From an uncultured Acidobacteriota bacterium (lineage in GTDB: Bacteria; Acidobacteriota; Thermoanaerobaculia; UBA5066; Gp7-AA6): a stretch of 64,000 nucleotides of DNA. The position numbers and the translations under genes were made by a program. The stretch is taken from assembly GCA_963804915.1 (NCBI GenBank), contig CAWDSI010000005.1, positions 46,271-110,270 on the forward strand, in the 5' to 3' direction. Below the pieces are notes generated by a model. The model was given only the letters and a program-made list of their open reading frames with translations, was not told the DNA's origin and made no database searches. Each line of letters begins with the position of its first letter. The first letter of the stretch is position 1. Positions 10,426 through 20,255 of this stretch are shown in pieces.

Positions 10426-12852
10426 TCACTCCGATCGAAGAACCGTTGCGGGGTCGACGGCCATGGCCCGGCGCGCGGGCCGCGCGCAGGCCAGTGCGAC
10501 GACGCCCGTCACGACGAAAACGACGCCGCCGAAGGTGAGGGGATCCGTCGGGCCGACCCCGAAGAGGAGGCTCGAGAGGAAACGTGTCAGGCCGACCGCC
10601 GCGACGGCGCCGATGACGAGCCCGATCGCGGCGAGCTGGAGCGACTGGCGGAAGACGAGGCGGAGGACGTCCCCGCGGTTCGCGCCGAGCGCCGTCCGGA
10701 TCCCGATCTCGCGCGTCCGCTGCGCCACACCGTAAGAGACGACGCCGTAGATGCCGACCGAGGCGAGCACGAGCGCCAGCGCACCGAACGCGCCGAGGAG
10801 AAGCGTGTGAAAACGGCGGCGGGCCAGGGACTCGGCGATGTACTGGTTCATCGGCTGCACGGCGGTCAGCGCCTGGTCTTTGTCGAGTGCGTGGATCGCC
10901 CCGATCACCGGCTTCGCCATGCTCATCGGCGATCGGCTCGTGCGGACGAGCAGCGTCATGGCGGTGTCGGGATGCTGGGTCATCGGCAGGAAGACCTCGG
11001 TTCCGATTTCGGCGTCGAGTCCGGACTGGGGAACGTCGCCGACCACGCCGACGATCTCGCGGAAGGGAGCGTCGTTCTGGGGAAATCCCTGCTTGATCCG
11101 CTTGCCGAGGGGGCTTTCGTTCGGCCACCACTTGCGGGCCATCTTCTCGTTGATGACGACGACCGGGGGCGAGGAGGGCGTGTCGGTCGCGTCGAAGAAA
11201 CGACCTTCCTTGAGCGGGACGCGCATCGTCTGAAAGTAGGAGGGCTCGACCATGTTGAAGGGGCCGGTCGGCAGCTCCGACTGTCTCGGAACGGGCCGAT
11301 CCGAGACGAGATACACGGAGCCCCAGCACTGGCCGACGACGGGCGTGCACAAGCTGGCGCTGGCGCTCTCGACGCCCGGGAGGCGGCGGATCTCCTCGAG
11401 CCCCTTTTCGTAGAAGCGGCGCTGCTCCTCGTCGGTCTTGTACCTCGCCTCCGGAAGGTAGACATCGAGCGCGAGGACGCCGTCGGTCTTCAGGCCGGGA
11501 GACACACCCTCGACGCGGCGGAGGCTGCGGAGCAGAAGGCCCGAGGCCACGGCCAGGACGAAGGCGAGGGCCACCTCGGAGACAAAGAGCGCGGAACGGA
11601 GGCGCTGGCGCGCGGCGCCCCCCGTCGCGGTGTTGCCGGACTCGCGCAGAGTCGTCTGGGGATCGCTTCGAGATGCCTGCGCGGCGGGAGCGAGGCCGAA
11701 GATGAGGCCGGTCAGGGTCGATGCGGCGAGGGTGAAGAAGAGCACGGCCGTATCGATCCTGGTGTCCGCGAGGCGAGGGATCTCGGGAGGCGCCAGACGC
11801 AGCAGCGGTCCGAGCGCCCAGGCCGCGAGCACGACACCGAGGGCGCCCCCGATCGCGGAAAGCAACAGGCTTTCGGTCAGGAGCTGCCGAACGATCCGGG
11901 CCCGTCCGGCGCCGATGGCGGTGCGGATCGCGAACTCCCGGCGCCGCGCCGAAGCCCGGGCCAGCAGCAGGTGCGCGATGTTGGCGCACGCGATCAGAAG
12001 CACCACGCCCACGGCCGCGAGCAGGATCCAGAGGGCCGCCCGGAAGTCTCGGAACATGGCATCGTCCAGGAAAGCGATCGTGGCCCGCTGGCCGCTGTTG
12101 GACTCCGGATACTCCTTCTCGAGCTGGAGCATGATGGTTTCCATCTCGCCCCGCGCTCCCTCGAGCGACGCAGCGGGCGCGAGCCTCGCGAGCACGCGCA
12201 TCGCCGAGTGGTTGCCCCGATCCAGCCAACCCCGCCGGCTGCCCATCAGGCCGACCGGCGTATAGATGGCGACGGCGTCCGCGAAGAACGCGAACGAATG
12301 CGGGAGCACGCCCACGATCGTGTGGGGAGTTGCGTCGAGCTGGACGACGCGGCCCACGACCAGAGGGTCGCCGCCGAAGCGCCGCTTCCACACTCCGTGA
12401 GACAGCAGCGCGACGGGCGAAGCCCCCGGCCGGTCGTCCTCCGCATCGAACGCACGGCCGAGCGCGGGCCGGACTCCGAGGAGCGAAAAGAACGGAGCGG
12501 ACACCTGCGCGGACCGAAGCATCTCCGGCTCGCCGGCGCCGCTGAGCATCAGGTGATCGGTCCGGAAGCCGGCGATGTCCTGAAAGGACCGCGCTTGCGT
12601 CCGCCAGTCCAGGAACGTCGGCCATGCCACGCCCATCTCGCCGCCCTGGTGGATCTGCTGCTCGCGCATCACGACGAGCCGGTCGGGCTCGGGGTAGGGG
12701 AGGCGGCGAAGAAGAACGGCGTGCACGACCGAGAAGATCGCCGTGTTCGCTCCGATGCCGAGCGCCAGCGTCGCGACGGCCACCAGCGTGAAGCCGGGAG
12801 ACTTCGCGAGCATCCGGACGGCGTAACGCAGGTCCTGAACCAGAGTGCGCAT
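10426..12852 (-). CDS. ADOP-family duplicated ABC permease, 808 aa
   Basis: QDLRYAVRMLAKSPGF, LLIACANIAHLL, C-terminal PARRAMAVDPATVLRSE. Confidence 0.95.
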   Translation of the reverse strand: MRTLVQDLRYAVRMLAKSPGFTLVAVATLALGIGANTAIFSVVHAVLLRRLPYPEPDRLVVMREQQIHQGGEMGVAWPTFLDWRTQARSFQDIAGFRTDHLMLSGAGEPEMLRSAQVSAPFFSLLGVRPALGRAFDAEDDRPGASPVALLSHGVWKRRFGGDPLVVGRVVQLDATPHTIVGVLPHSFAFFADAVAIYTPVGLMGSRRGWLDRGNHSAMRVLARLAPAASLEGARGEMETIMLQLEKEYPESNSGQRATIAFLDDAMFRDFRAALWILLAAVGVVLLIACANIAHLLLARASARRREFAIRTAIGAGRARIVRQLLTESLLLSAIGGALGVVLAAWALGPLLRLAPPEIPRLADTRIDTAVLFFTLAASTLTGLIFGLAPAAQASRSDPQTTLRESGNTATGGAARQRLRSALFVSEVALAFVLAVASGLLLRSLRRVEGVSPGLKTDGVLALDVYLPEARYKTDEEQRRFYEKGLEEIRRLPGVESASASLCTPVVGQCWGSVYLVSDRPVPRQSELPTGPFNMVEPSYFQTMRVPLKEGRFFDATDTPSSPPVVVINEKMARKWWPNESPLGKRIKQGFPQNDAPFREIVGVVGDVPQSGLDAEIGTEVFLPMTQHPDTAMTLLVRTSRSPMSMAKPVIGAIHALDKDQALTAVQPMNQYIAESLARRRFHTLLLGAFGALALVLASVGIYGVVSYGVAQRTREIGIRTALGANRGDVLRLVFRQSLQLAAIGLVIGAVAAVGLTRFLSSLLFGVGPTDPLTFGGVVFVVTGVVALACARPARRAMAVDPATVLRSE

Positions 12853-12862
12853 TGGCTTTCTC

Positions 12863-15254
12863 CTACTCCGCCCGCAGCGCCCGCATCGGATCGATCGCGG
12901 CCGCGCGCCGCGCCGGGATCCAGCAGGCGAGAGCGGCGCAGGCCGCGAGGACCAGGCCGACGGTGGCGTAGGTCGCGGGGTCCGCCGCGCCGATGCCGTA
13001 GAGGAAGCTCGAGAGGACGCGGCTCGCCGCGAGCGCGCCGGCGATCCCGATCAGCAGACCGATGGCGACCAGGCGCATCCCTTCCGCGAGCAGGCCGCTG
13101 ACGACCCGGCGGGGCTCCGCCCCGAGCGCCATGCGCACCCCGATCTCCGCCGTCCGCTGACGCACGGCCTGGCTCATGACGCCGGCGATGCCGACCGAGG
13201 CGAGCAGGAGCGCCAGCGCCGCGAACACGGAAAGCAGCTGCGTCCGGAAGCGCTCGCCGCCGAGCGAGGACGTCACGATGGAGCCGAGCGAGCGGGCGCC
13301 GGGAACGGGGATCAGGGATCGACGGCGTGCACCTTCTCCCGCACGAGCGCCGCGAGGGCGGAGTCGCCGTTCGTTCCCCGGACGACGATCTCCATCCAGC
13401 GCTTCCACGGCTGGCCCGACTGGGCGTACGGCGTGTAGACGGCCGGCTCGTCCGGATGTCCGAGGCCGAAGTGCCGAACGTCGCCGACGACGCCGACGAT
13501 CTCGATCCATTGGACTTCTTCCTGGCGGGCCCAGCGGATCCGCGCTCCGACGGGGCTCGCGCCGGGGAAGTACTGGCGGACGAAGCTCTCGTTCACGACG
13601 CCGACCAGCGGGGCACCTTCGCGGTCCGAGGGGAGGAAGTCCCGTCCCGCCTTCCGGGGGATCCCCATCACGCCGAAGTAGTCGCCCATGACGCTGCGCG
13701 AATAGAGCTCGGGCTCGTCGCCGACGGCGATCGGAGGACGGCCCTCGATCACGAAGTTGTGGTTGAGCGCCTGGCCGGTCAGCGGGACTTCGCTGATCAT
13801 CGCGGCGGACACGCCCGGAGCCGCACCGATCTCGGCGAGGACGCGCTCCCGGAAGCGCGTCTGCGCCGGGATCTCCCCGTAGCGCGACTCGGGCAGATCG
13901 ATGCGCGCGGCGACGGCGTTTCCGGTCGAGAAGCCCGGCCGCACGGTGCGCAGCCGCCAGAGCGCGTGCAGGAGCAGGCCGGCGCAGACGAGGAGCACCA
14001 TGGCCACCGCCATCTCGGCGACCACGAACGCGTCGCGGAGCCGTGCGGTCGCCAGTCCGCCGTGCCCGCGCGGGCCCGCGAGCCCGGGAGCAAATCCACG
14101 GCCGGACGCCTTCCACGCGGGCAGGATCCCGAACGCGATTCCGGTCAGCATCGAGATGGCCGCCGTGAAAATGACGACGCGTCCGTCGATGCCGACGCCT
14201 TCGAGCCGAGGGAGCGCGTCCGGCATCGCGGCCAGCAGGACCTGTGTGCCCCAGGCCGCGAGCAGGATCCCGCACGCGCCTCCGGCGAGCGCGAGGACGA
14301 GGCTCTCGGTCAGAATCTGCCGCACCAGACGGCCGCGGCTCGCTCCGAGCGCCGTGCGCACGGCGAGCTCCGCGCGTCGCGACGACGCTCTCGCGAGGAG
14401 GAGGTTCGCAAGATTCGCGCAGGCGATCAGGAGAACGAGGCCGACCGCGCCCGCCAGGATCCACAACGGCCGCCGGCTCTCGCCGACGATTCCATCGAGC
14501 AGAGCGACGAAGTCCGGCCGCAGAGACTTGTCCTCGTCGGGATGCTCGACGGCGAGGCGCTTCATCGCCGCGTCCAGATCGGCGCGCGCGGCCGCGGCGG
14601 AGACGCCGGGCGCGAGACGGAGCACGCTCCGCAGCATGTGCGCGCCGCGGGCCTGCGCCGCCTGCGGATAGGCCACCTCGATCGGCGTGAAGACGTCGGC
14701 CGGGATATCGGGAAGCCGGAACTCCGGCGCGAGCACCCCGACGACCGTGTAGGGGACGCCGCCGAGCGTGATCGCCTGGCCGAGGATCCCGCGGTCGCCG
14801 GCGAACTGGCTCTGCCAGAAACCGTAGGACAGCGTGACGACGCGCTCGCCGCCCGGCACGTCGTCGCGTCTTCGCGAGCGGGCGCCCCAGGGCCGCGCGC
14901 GCCCCGAGCGCTTCGAAGAGCTCGCCCGCGACGAGCGCGGCTTCGAGTTTGATCGGCTCGCCGCCGCCCGTCAGATCGAAGGTCATGGGCGAAGCGCCGC
15001 CCATGGCGGCGAACGAGCGCGTGGACGCCCGCAGATCGGCGAGCTCGGGGGCCGACAGGTTGCCCTTCGAGCGCGACCAGGCGGGACGCCTCCGGGTAGG
15101 GAAGCGGCGCGAGCAGGACTCCCTGGATCACGCTGAAAATCGCCGTGTTGGCGCCGATGCCGAGCGCGAGGGTCGCGATGGCGGTCAGGGTGAACCCCGG
15201 GCTCTTCCCCAGAGTCCTCAACGCGTATTTCAGATCCTGAGCCAGAGCCCCCAT
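12863..15254 (-). CDS. ADOP-family duplicated ABC permease with three apparent frameshifts (~15062, ~14868, ~13315)
   Basis: Pieces in ORFs 14562..15254 ([16 protein letters not shown]), 12863..15004 (short N-part and C-terminal [10 protein letters not shown]) and 13312..14859 (middle) join into one full-length permease. Confidence 0.85.
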
Positions 15255-15262
15255 GCCTCCTC

Positions 15263-15349
15263 CTACTCCGTCTTGAGAGCCGGCATCGGCAGCAGGCGTG
15301 TCACGGCGAGAGCCATCAGGCCTCCCGCGGCACGCGCGAGCGAGCTCAT
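15263..15349 (-). pseudogene. 28-aa ADOP remnant [28 protein letters not shown]
   Basis: ATG overlaps the upstream stop (ATGA); ALAVTRLL resembles the penultimate TM motif (ALALSRLL in a neighbour); PMPALKTE resembles DPMTALRTE; followed by the GGAGGAGG RBS of the next gene. Confidence 0.7.
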
Positions 15350-17838
15350 CCGTCGCTCCGCAGCGCGGTCGAGGGATCGATGCGGGAAGCCCGGCGAGCC
15401 GGGAGCCAGCACGCGGCGAGCGCGGCGGAGGCGAGGAGGAGCGGCACGGCGAAGAGCGTCGGCAGGTCGAAGGGCTGCACTTCGTAGAGAAGGCTCTTCA
15501 GGAGGAACGCCGCCGGGACCGCGGCCAGAAGGCCCACGAGGAGTCCCCAGCCGACCGGCCGCAGCCCGTCGCGGACGACCATCCGCGATACGGAACGGGG
15601 ATCCGCGCCGAGGGCCATGCGCACGCCGAGCTCCCGGCGGCGGCCGGTCACCGCGAGGGCGACCACGCCGTAGAGGCCGAGGGCGGCGAGAAACGTGGCG
15701 AGGACGGCGAAGGTGGTCGAGAGGCGCGCGGCCATGCGCTCGGTGAAGAGCGAGATCTCGGCCTGGCCCTCGAGCGTGCGCAGGTCGACCACCGGAACGA
15801 GCGGATCGAGCTCCCGCACGACGCGCGGGATCGCCGGCACGACCGGCCCGAGGCCCGCGGCCCGCACGTAGAAGTTCATGCCGCCGCGGTCATAGTCCTG
15901 TGCGACCGGGAGGTACACGCCGCGCGGCGTGGGCTCCGTGAGCGACGACATCGGCCCGTCGCGGACGATCCCGACGATCTCGATCCACTTGTCCTCGTCG
16001 CGGCGCCGGGCGAGCCGGCGCCCCACGGCGTCGCCCTTCGGAAAGTACTTGCGCGCCGTGACCTCGTTGATGACCGCGACGAGCGGCGCCCCCGCGCGGT
16101 CGCCCGGCTGGAACGTCCGGCCGGCCAGGACGCGGACTTTGAGCGCGCCGAAGTAGCCCGGGCTGACGTCAAAGAAGCGGAAGTTCATGTCCTCGTTCTC
16201 GGCGGCCTCGTAGCCGTCGATGCGTACGGTCGACGAGGAGTCGGAATCGGCGAGGAGAGCGTTGTCGAGCATGGCCGCGCCCTCGACGCCGGGCACCCCG
16301 CGGAGCTTCTCTTCGAGCCTCTCGAAATACTCGAGCGAGCGCTCCTGCGAATACCCGGAAAGCTCGGGCGAGACGCCGAACGTCACGACGTTCTTGACCT
16401 CGAAGCCCGGATCGATGCTCAGGAGCCGCTGCAGGCTGCGCGTGAAGAGCCCGGCCGCCGCAAGAACCACGACCGAGAGCGCGACCTGTCCGACGACGAG
16501 GCCCCGCCGCCAGCGGGCCGACCGCCGACTGCCCACGGCGCCGCCGCTCCCTTCGCGCAGCCTCGGAGAGAGGTCGGACCCGAAGAGCTCCAGCGCCGGC
16601 ACGATTCCGAAGAGGAGGCCCGCGAGCGCCGAGGCGGCGAACGCGAAGCCGAGCACGCGCAGATCGGTCCGGGCGCTCAGCACGTCGGCGATGTGGTCGA
16701 AGGGAAGGACGCGGATCGCGGCCGCGAGAAGCGACTCGGAAAGCAGGACGCCCAGGGCCCCGCCGGCGAGGGCCAGCAGCCCGCTCTGGAACAGAAGGTC
16801 GCGCGCCAGGCGTCCGCGCGGAGCGCCCAGCGCCGTCTTGACGGCCAGCTCGCGCTGGCGTCCCGCCGTCTTGGCGGCGAGCAGGTTCGCGAGGTTGGCG
16901 CAGGCGACCAGCAGCACCAGGAGGACGAGCGCGGAGACCGCGGTCAGCCGCTTCGAGAAATCGCCCCGCAAATCCGAGCGGCCGCGCGCTCCGGGGTGGA
17001 GCACGAGGTGCTTCCCGCGAATCCGCTCGGCCCCGGAGGCCGACATGTCGGTCATCTCGGAGACTTCCCGATCGACGATCCTCCGGTAGATCAGGTCGAG
17101 CTCCGTGAGTGCGCGCTCGAGGGAGACGCCCGGCTTGAGACGCGCCACGATGTCCATCCATCGCGTGCGCCGGTCGTCCAGGGCATCCCAGCCCGGCGTC
17201 AACGCGGGCTTCATGGCCATCGGCACGTAGACGTCCGGCACGAACCCGACCTGGACGCTGCGGAAGCTCTTCGGCGCGACGCCGACGATCGTCATGGGCT
17301 GCGCGTTGACGAGAAGGGTTTGCCCGACCGCCGAGGGGTTGCCCCCGAAGTCGCGCTGGAACGCGGCCCAGCCGAGCACCGCCACGGGGTGCTGGAGTTT
17401 CACCGCGTCGTCGCTGGCGTGGAGAAGGCGACCGGCGGCCGGTTCGAGGCCGAGGACGTCGAAGTAGTTTCCCGAGACGACTTCGGCGTTGGTGAGCCGC
17501 GTCGTCTTTCCGTCTCCGAGGGTCACGGCGGTCGGAAAGCGCGCGAGCATTCCGGACAGGGTCGTCGCCTGATCCCGCAGGTCCGTGTACATCGGGTAGG
17601 AAAACGGGGTCGAGAAATTCGAGTTCTGATGGGACGCGCCCCGGTAGGGCCCCGGCCCGTCGAGGACGACGAGCTCATCGGGGTTTCGGACCGGCAGCTT
17701 GCGGAGAGCGACCTGGTCGAGGAGCGAGAACATCGCCGTGTTGGCGCCGATGCCCAGGGCCAGCGTGAGGATGGCCGCGGCCGTGAAGCCCGGGTTCTTC
17801 CGTAGAGACCGCAGGGCGTACCGGAAGTCTTGCAGCAC
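15346..17838 (-). CDS. ADOP-family duplicated ABC permease, ~830 aa
   Basis: Likely start GTG at 17838 ([18 protein letters not shown]) after CAGGAG; C-terminal [15 protein letters not shown]; the ORF-track extension to 18486 overlaps the upstream gene. Confidence 0.93.
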   Translation of the reverse strand: MLQDFRYALRSLRKNPGFTAAAILTLALGIGANTAMFSLLDQVALRKLPVRNPDELVVLDGPGPYRGASHQNSNFSTPFSYPMYTDLRDQATTLSGMLARFPTAVTLGDGKTTRLTNAEVVSGNYFDVLGLEPAAGRLLHASDDAVKLQHPVAVLGWAAFQRDFGGNPSAVGQTLLVNAQPMTIVGVAPKSFRSVQVGFVPDVYVPMAMKPALTPGWDALDDRRTRWMDIVARLKPGVSLERALTELDLIYRRIVDREVSEMTDMSASGAERIRGKHLVLHPGARGRSDLRGDFSKRLTAVSALVLLVLLVACANLANLLAAKTAGRQRELAVKTALGAPRGRLARDLLFQSGLLALAGGALGVLLSESLLAAAIRVLPFDHIADVLSARTDLRVLGFAFAASALAGLLFGIVPALELFGSDLSPRLREGSGGAVGSRRSARWRRGLVVGQVALSVVVLAAAGLFTRSLQRLLSIDPGFEVKNVVTFGVSPELSGYSQERSLEYFERLEEKLRGVPGVEGAAMLDNALLADSDSSSTVRIDGYEAAENEDMNFRFFDVSPGYFGALKVRVLAGRTFQPGDRAGAPLVAVINEVTARKYFPKGDAVGRRLARRRDEDKWIEIVGIVRDGPMSSLTEPTPRGVYLPVAQDYDRGGMNFYVRAAGLGPVVPAIPRVVRELDPLVPVVDLRTLEGQAEISLFTERMAARLSTTFAVLATFLAALGLYGVVALAVTGRRRELGVRMALGADPRSVSRMVVRDGLRPVGWGLLVGLLAAVPAAFLLKSLLYEVQPFDLPTLFAVPLLLASAALAACWLPARRASRIDPSTALRSDG

Positions 17839-17840
17839 GG

Positions 17841-20255
17841 TTACTCCTGTCGAAGGGCTTGCGAAGGATCGATCCGCGCGGCACGGCGTGCGGGAAGGTC
17901 CGCGGCGAGGAGCGCCGCCGCCCCGAGCAGGAGCGTGGCGCCCGCGAGGGCCAGAGGATCGGCGGGCGCGAGTCCGTAGAGCGCGCTCCGGAGCGCGAGC
18001 CCGGCGGCGGCCGAAAGCGCCAGGCCGCACGCTGCGCCGAGCGCCACCGACCCCGCCATGGACCGGAGGACCAGGCGCCGCACGTCGGAGGCGCGGGCGC
18101 CCAGCGCGAGACGGATTCCAAATTCCGCCGCGCGCCGGCGTGTCGTCCACGAGACGACCGCGTAGATGCCGACCGCGGCGAGGATGAGCGACAGGATGCC
18201 GAAGAGCCCGAGAAGCGTCGCGCCGACCCGCTGCGGAAGCAGCCGCGCCGCGACGACGTCCGAGTAGGGTCCGATCTGCGTGACGGGCAGCGCGGCGTCG
18301 AGACTGCGGATCTCGCGGCGGATCGCGCCCGCGACGACGTCGGGGGCGGCGTCCGACTTCACGACCAGCGTCAGCCGCATGAGTGCGGCCGGCGGGAATT
18401 GCAGCAAAGGCGCCCAGACCTGAGGAACCGGAGTGTCCGTGAGGGACGCGGATTTCGCGTTCGCGACGACGCCGATCACGGTCCACGGCTTGTCGGCGAC
18501 GGTGATCCTCCGGCCGAGCGGGCTCGTTGCGGGCCAGTAGCGTTCCGCCATCGCGCGGTTGACGACGGCGACGCCGGCCGCGCCCGTGCGGTCGACGGCC
18601 TCGAACTCACGCCCGGCGAGCACGGGGACGCCGAGGGCCCGAAAGTACCCGGGCCCGACCGCGGCGACGTCGACCACCGGCCGCTCCCCGCGCGAGGGCG
18701 TGTAACCCTCGACCTCGACGGATTCCTCGTCCCGCGATCCCGAGAGCGGGAGGCTGCTCGTCCAGGTGGCGGCACGCACGGACGGATCCTCGGCGAGCCG
18801 GCGCGGCAGCTCCGCCGCGAAGCTCAGGGCGTGCGCCGCGTCGTATCGCGCCAGGCCCGTGTTCACGTAGGCCACAGTCACGCCCCGAGGCTCGAGACCG
18901 AGATCGATCGAGAGCGCTCGAACCAGGCTTCGGCCCAGCAGCCCCGAGGTCGCGAGCAAGGCGAGACAGAGTGCGACCTGCGCCGAGACCAGAGCCTTGT
19001 TCAGACCCGCGCCGCGCGCGATCCGGCTCGACCCGGCCGCCAGGATCGGAGCGGCCGGCGCGTTCGACGCTCGCCAGGCCGGCAGCAGTCCGAACAAGAC
19101 GCCCACGAGCCCGGCGAGAGTGGCGGCGAAGATGAAGGCCCGGGAACCGAGCTCCGGACGGAAGAGACCGAGTGTGAGGTCCTGGACGAGAGGCACCTGG
19201 ACGAGGAGCGACAGGAGCGCGCTCGCCACGACCAGTCCCGCCGCGCCGCCGGCGAGGCCGAGCAGCAGGCTTTCCGACAGGACCTGGCGGGCGATGCGTC
19301 CCCGGCTCGCGCCGAGCGCCTGACGGACGGCGATTTCCTTCTGACGCGCAGCGCCTCGGGCCAGCAGAAGGTTCGCGAGATTCGCGCACGCGATCAGCAG
19401 GGCGGTGAGGACGGCGCCCGCGAGCAAAGCGAAGATGCGCGGCGGGCCGAACTCCTCGTTCGCGCCGGTGGCGGCCACGGTCGTCGGGACGACGGACCAT
19501 CGCGCGGCGTCGAAGTCCTCGCCGTGCGCGGCGGCGTCGCGGCGCAGGATCGTCAGGAGCGCGGCCCGGGCTTTTTCCAGAGGCACGCCGGGCTCCGGGC
19601 GCCCGAAGACCGACATCCAGCCCCAGTTGCGGGAGTGGATGTCGAAGTTCGCGAGCGGACCCGTGGCCAGTCGCGGCCAGGTACCGACCGGCACCCAGAG
19701 ATCCGGAAAGATGGCGAACGCCGCGCCGCGGAAACCCTTCGGCGCGACGCCCACGATCGTCAGCGGTATGCCGTTGACGCGGATCGTGCGGCCCAGGATG
19801 GCCGGATCGGCTCCGAACTCGCCGGCCCAGAATCCCTCGGCGAGCACGGCCACGGCCTCGCCGCCTTCGTCCTCCGAGGGCTGAAAGAACCGGCCCAGCG
19901 CCGGTCGGGCTCCGAGGACGTCGAAGTAGTTCGAGGAGACGACGGCCCCGCCGACCATGCGCGCGTCGCCGGCGTGCGCGAGCGACATGGAGCGGTCGCT
20001 CCAGGCGGCCATCCGCGCGGTCCCCGCCGCCTCGTCGCGGATGGTCCGGAAGGTCGGGTAGGACACGGAGTCGCCCGAGAGATCCACGAGCGACGACGGA
20101 TCGGAGATGCCCGGCAGGGGCCTGAGGATCACGGCGTCGGCGAGGCTGAAGATCGCCGTGTTCGCGCCGATGCCGACGGCGAGGATCAGAATCGCGGTGA
20201 GCGTGAATCCCGGCGATCGCGAGAGCCCGCGCCAGGTTTGCCGGAGCTCACCCAT
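17841..20255 (-). CDS. ADOP-family duplicated ABC permease, ~804 aa
   Basis: [30 protein letters not shown]-terminal [14 protein letters not shown]; ATG overlaps upstream TGA. Confidence 0.95.
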   Translation of the reverse strand: MGELRQTWRGLSRSPGFTLTAILILAVGIGANTAIFSLADAVILRPLPGISDPSSLVDLSGDSVSYPTFRTIRDEAAGTARMAAWSDRSMSLAHAGDARMVGGAVVSSNYFDVLGARPALGRFFQPSEDEGGEAVAVLAEGFWAGEFGADPAILGRTIRVNGIPLTIVGVAPKGFRGAAFAIFPDLWVPVGTWPRLATGPLANFDIHSRNWGWMSVFGRPEPGVPLEKARAALLTILRRDAAAHGEDFDAARWSVVPTTVAATGANEEFGPPRIFALLAGAVLTALLIACANLANLLLARGAARQKEIAVRQALGASRGRIARQVLSESLLLGLAGGAAGLVVASALLSLLVQVPLVQDLTLGLFRPELGSRAFIFAATLAGLVGVLFGLLPAWRASNAPAAPILAAGSSRIARGAGLNKALVSAQVALCLALLATSGLLGRSLVRALSIDLGLEPRGVTVAYVNTGLARYDAAHALSFAAELPRRLAEDPSVRAATWTSSLPLSGSRDEESVEVEGYTPSRGERPVVDVAAVGPGYFRALGVPVLAGREFEAVDRTGAAGVAVVNRAMAERYWPATSPLGRRITVADKPWTVIGVVANAKSASLTDTPVPQVWAPLLQFPPAALMRLTLVVKSDAAPDVVAGAIRREIRSLDAALPVTQIGPYSDVVAARLLPQRVGATLLGLFGILSLILAAVGIYAVVSWTTRRRAAEFGIRLALGARASDVRRLVLRSMAGSVALGAACGLALSAAAGLALRSALYGLAPADPLALAGATLLLGAAALLAADLPARRAARIDPSQALRQE

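Noticed and set aside
10415-10429. 4-aa GTG-AAC-GAA-TCA-TGA bridge between a permease and the ATPase
   Set aside because: Too short to distinguish from chance; the 7-nt gap allows ordinary coupling
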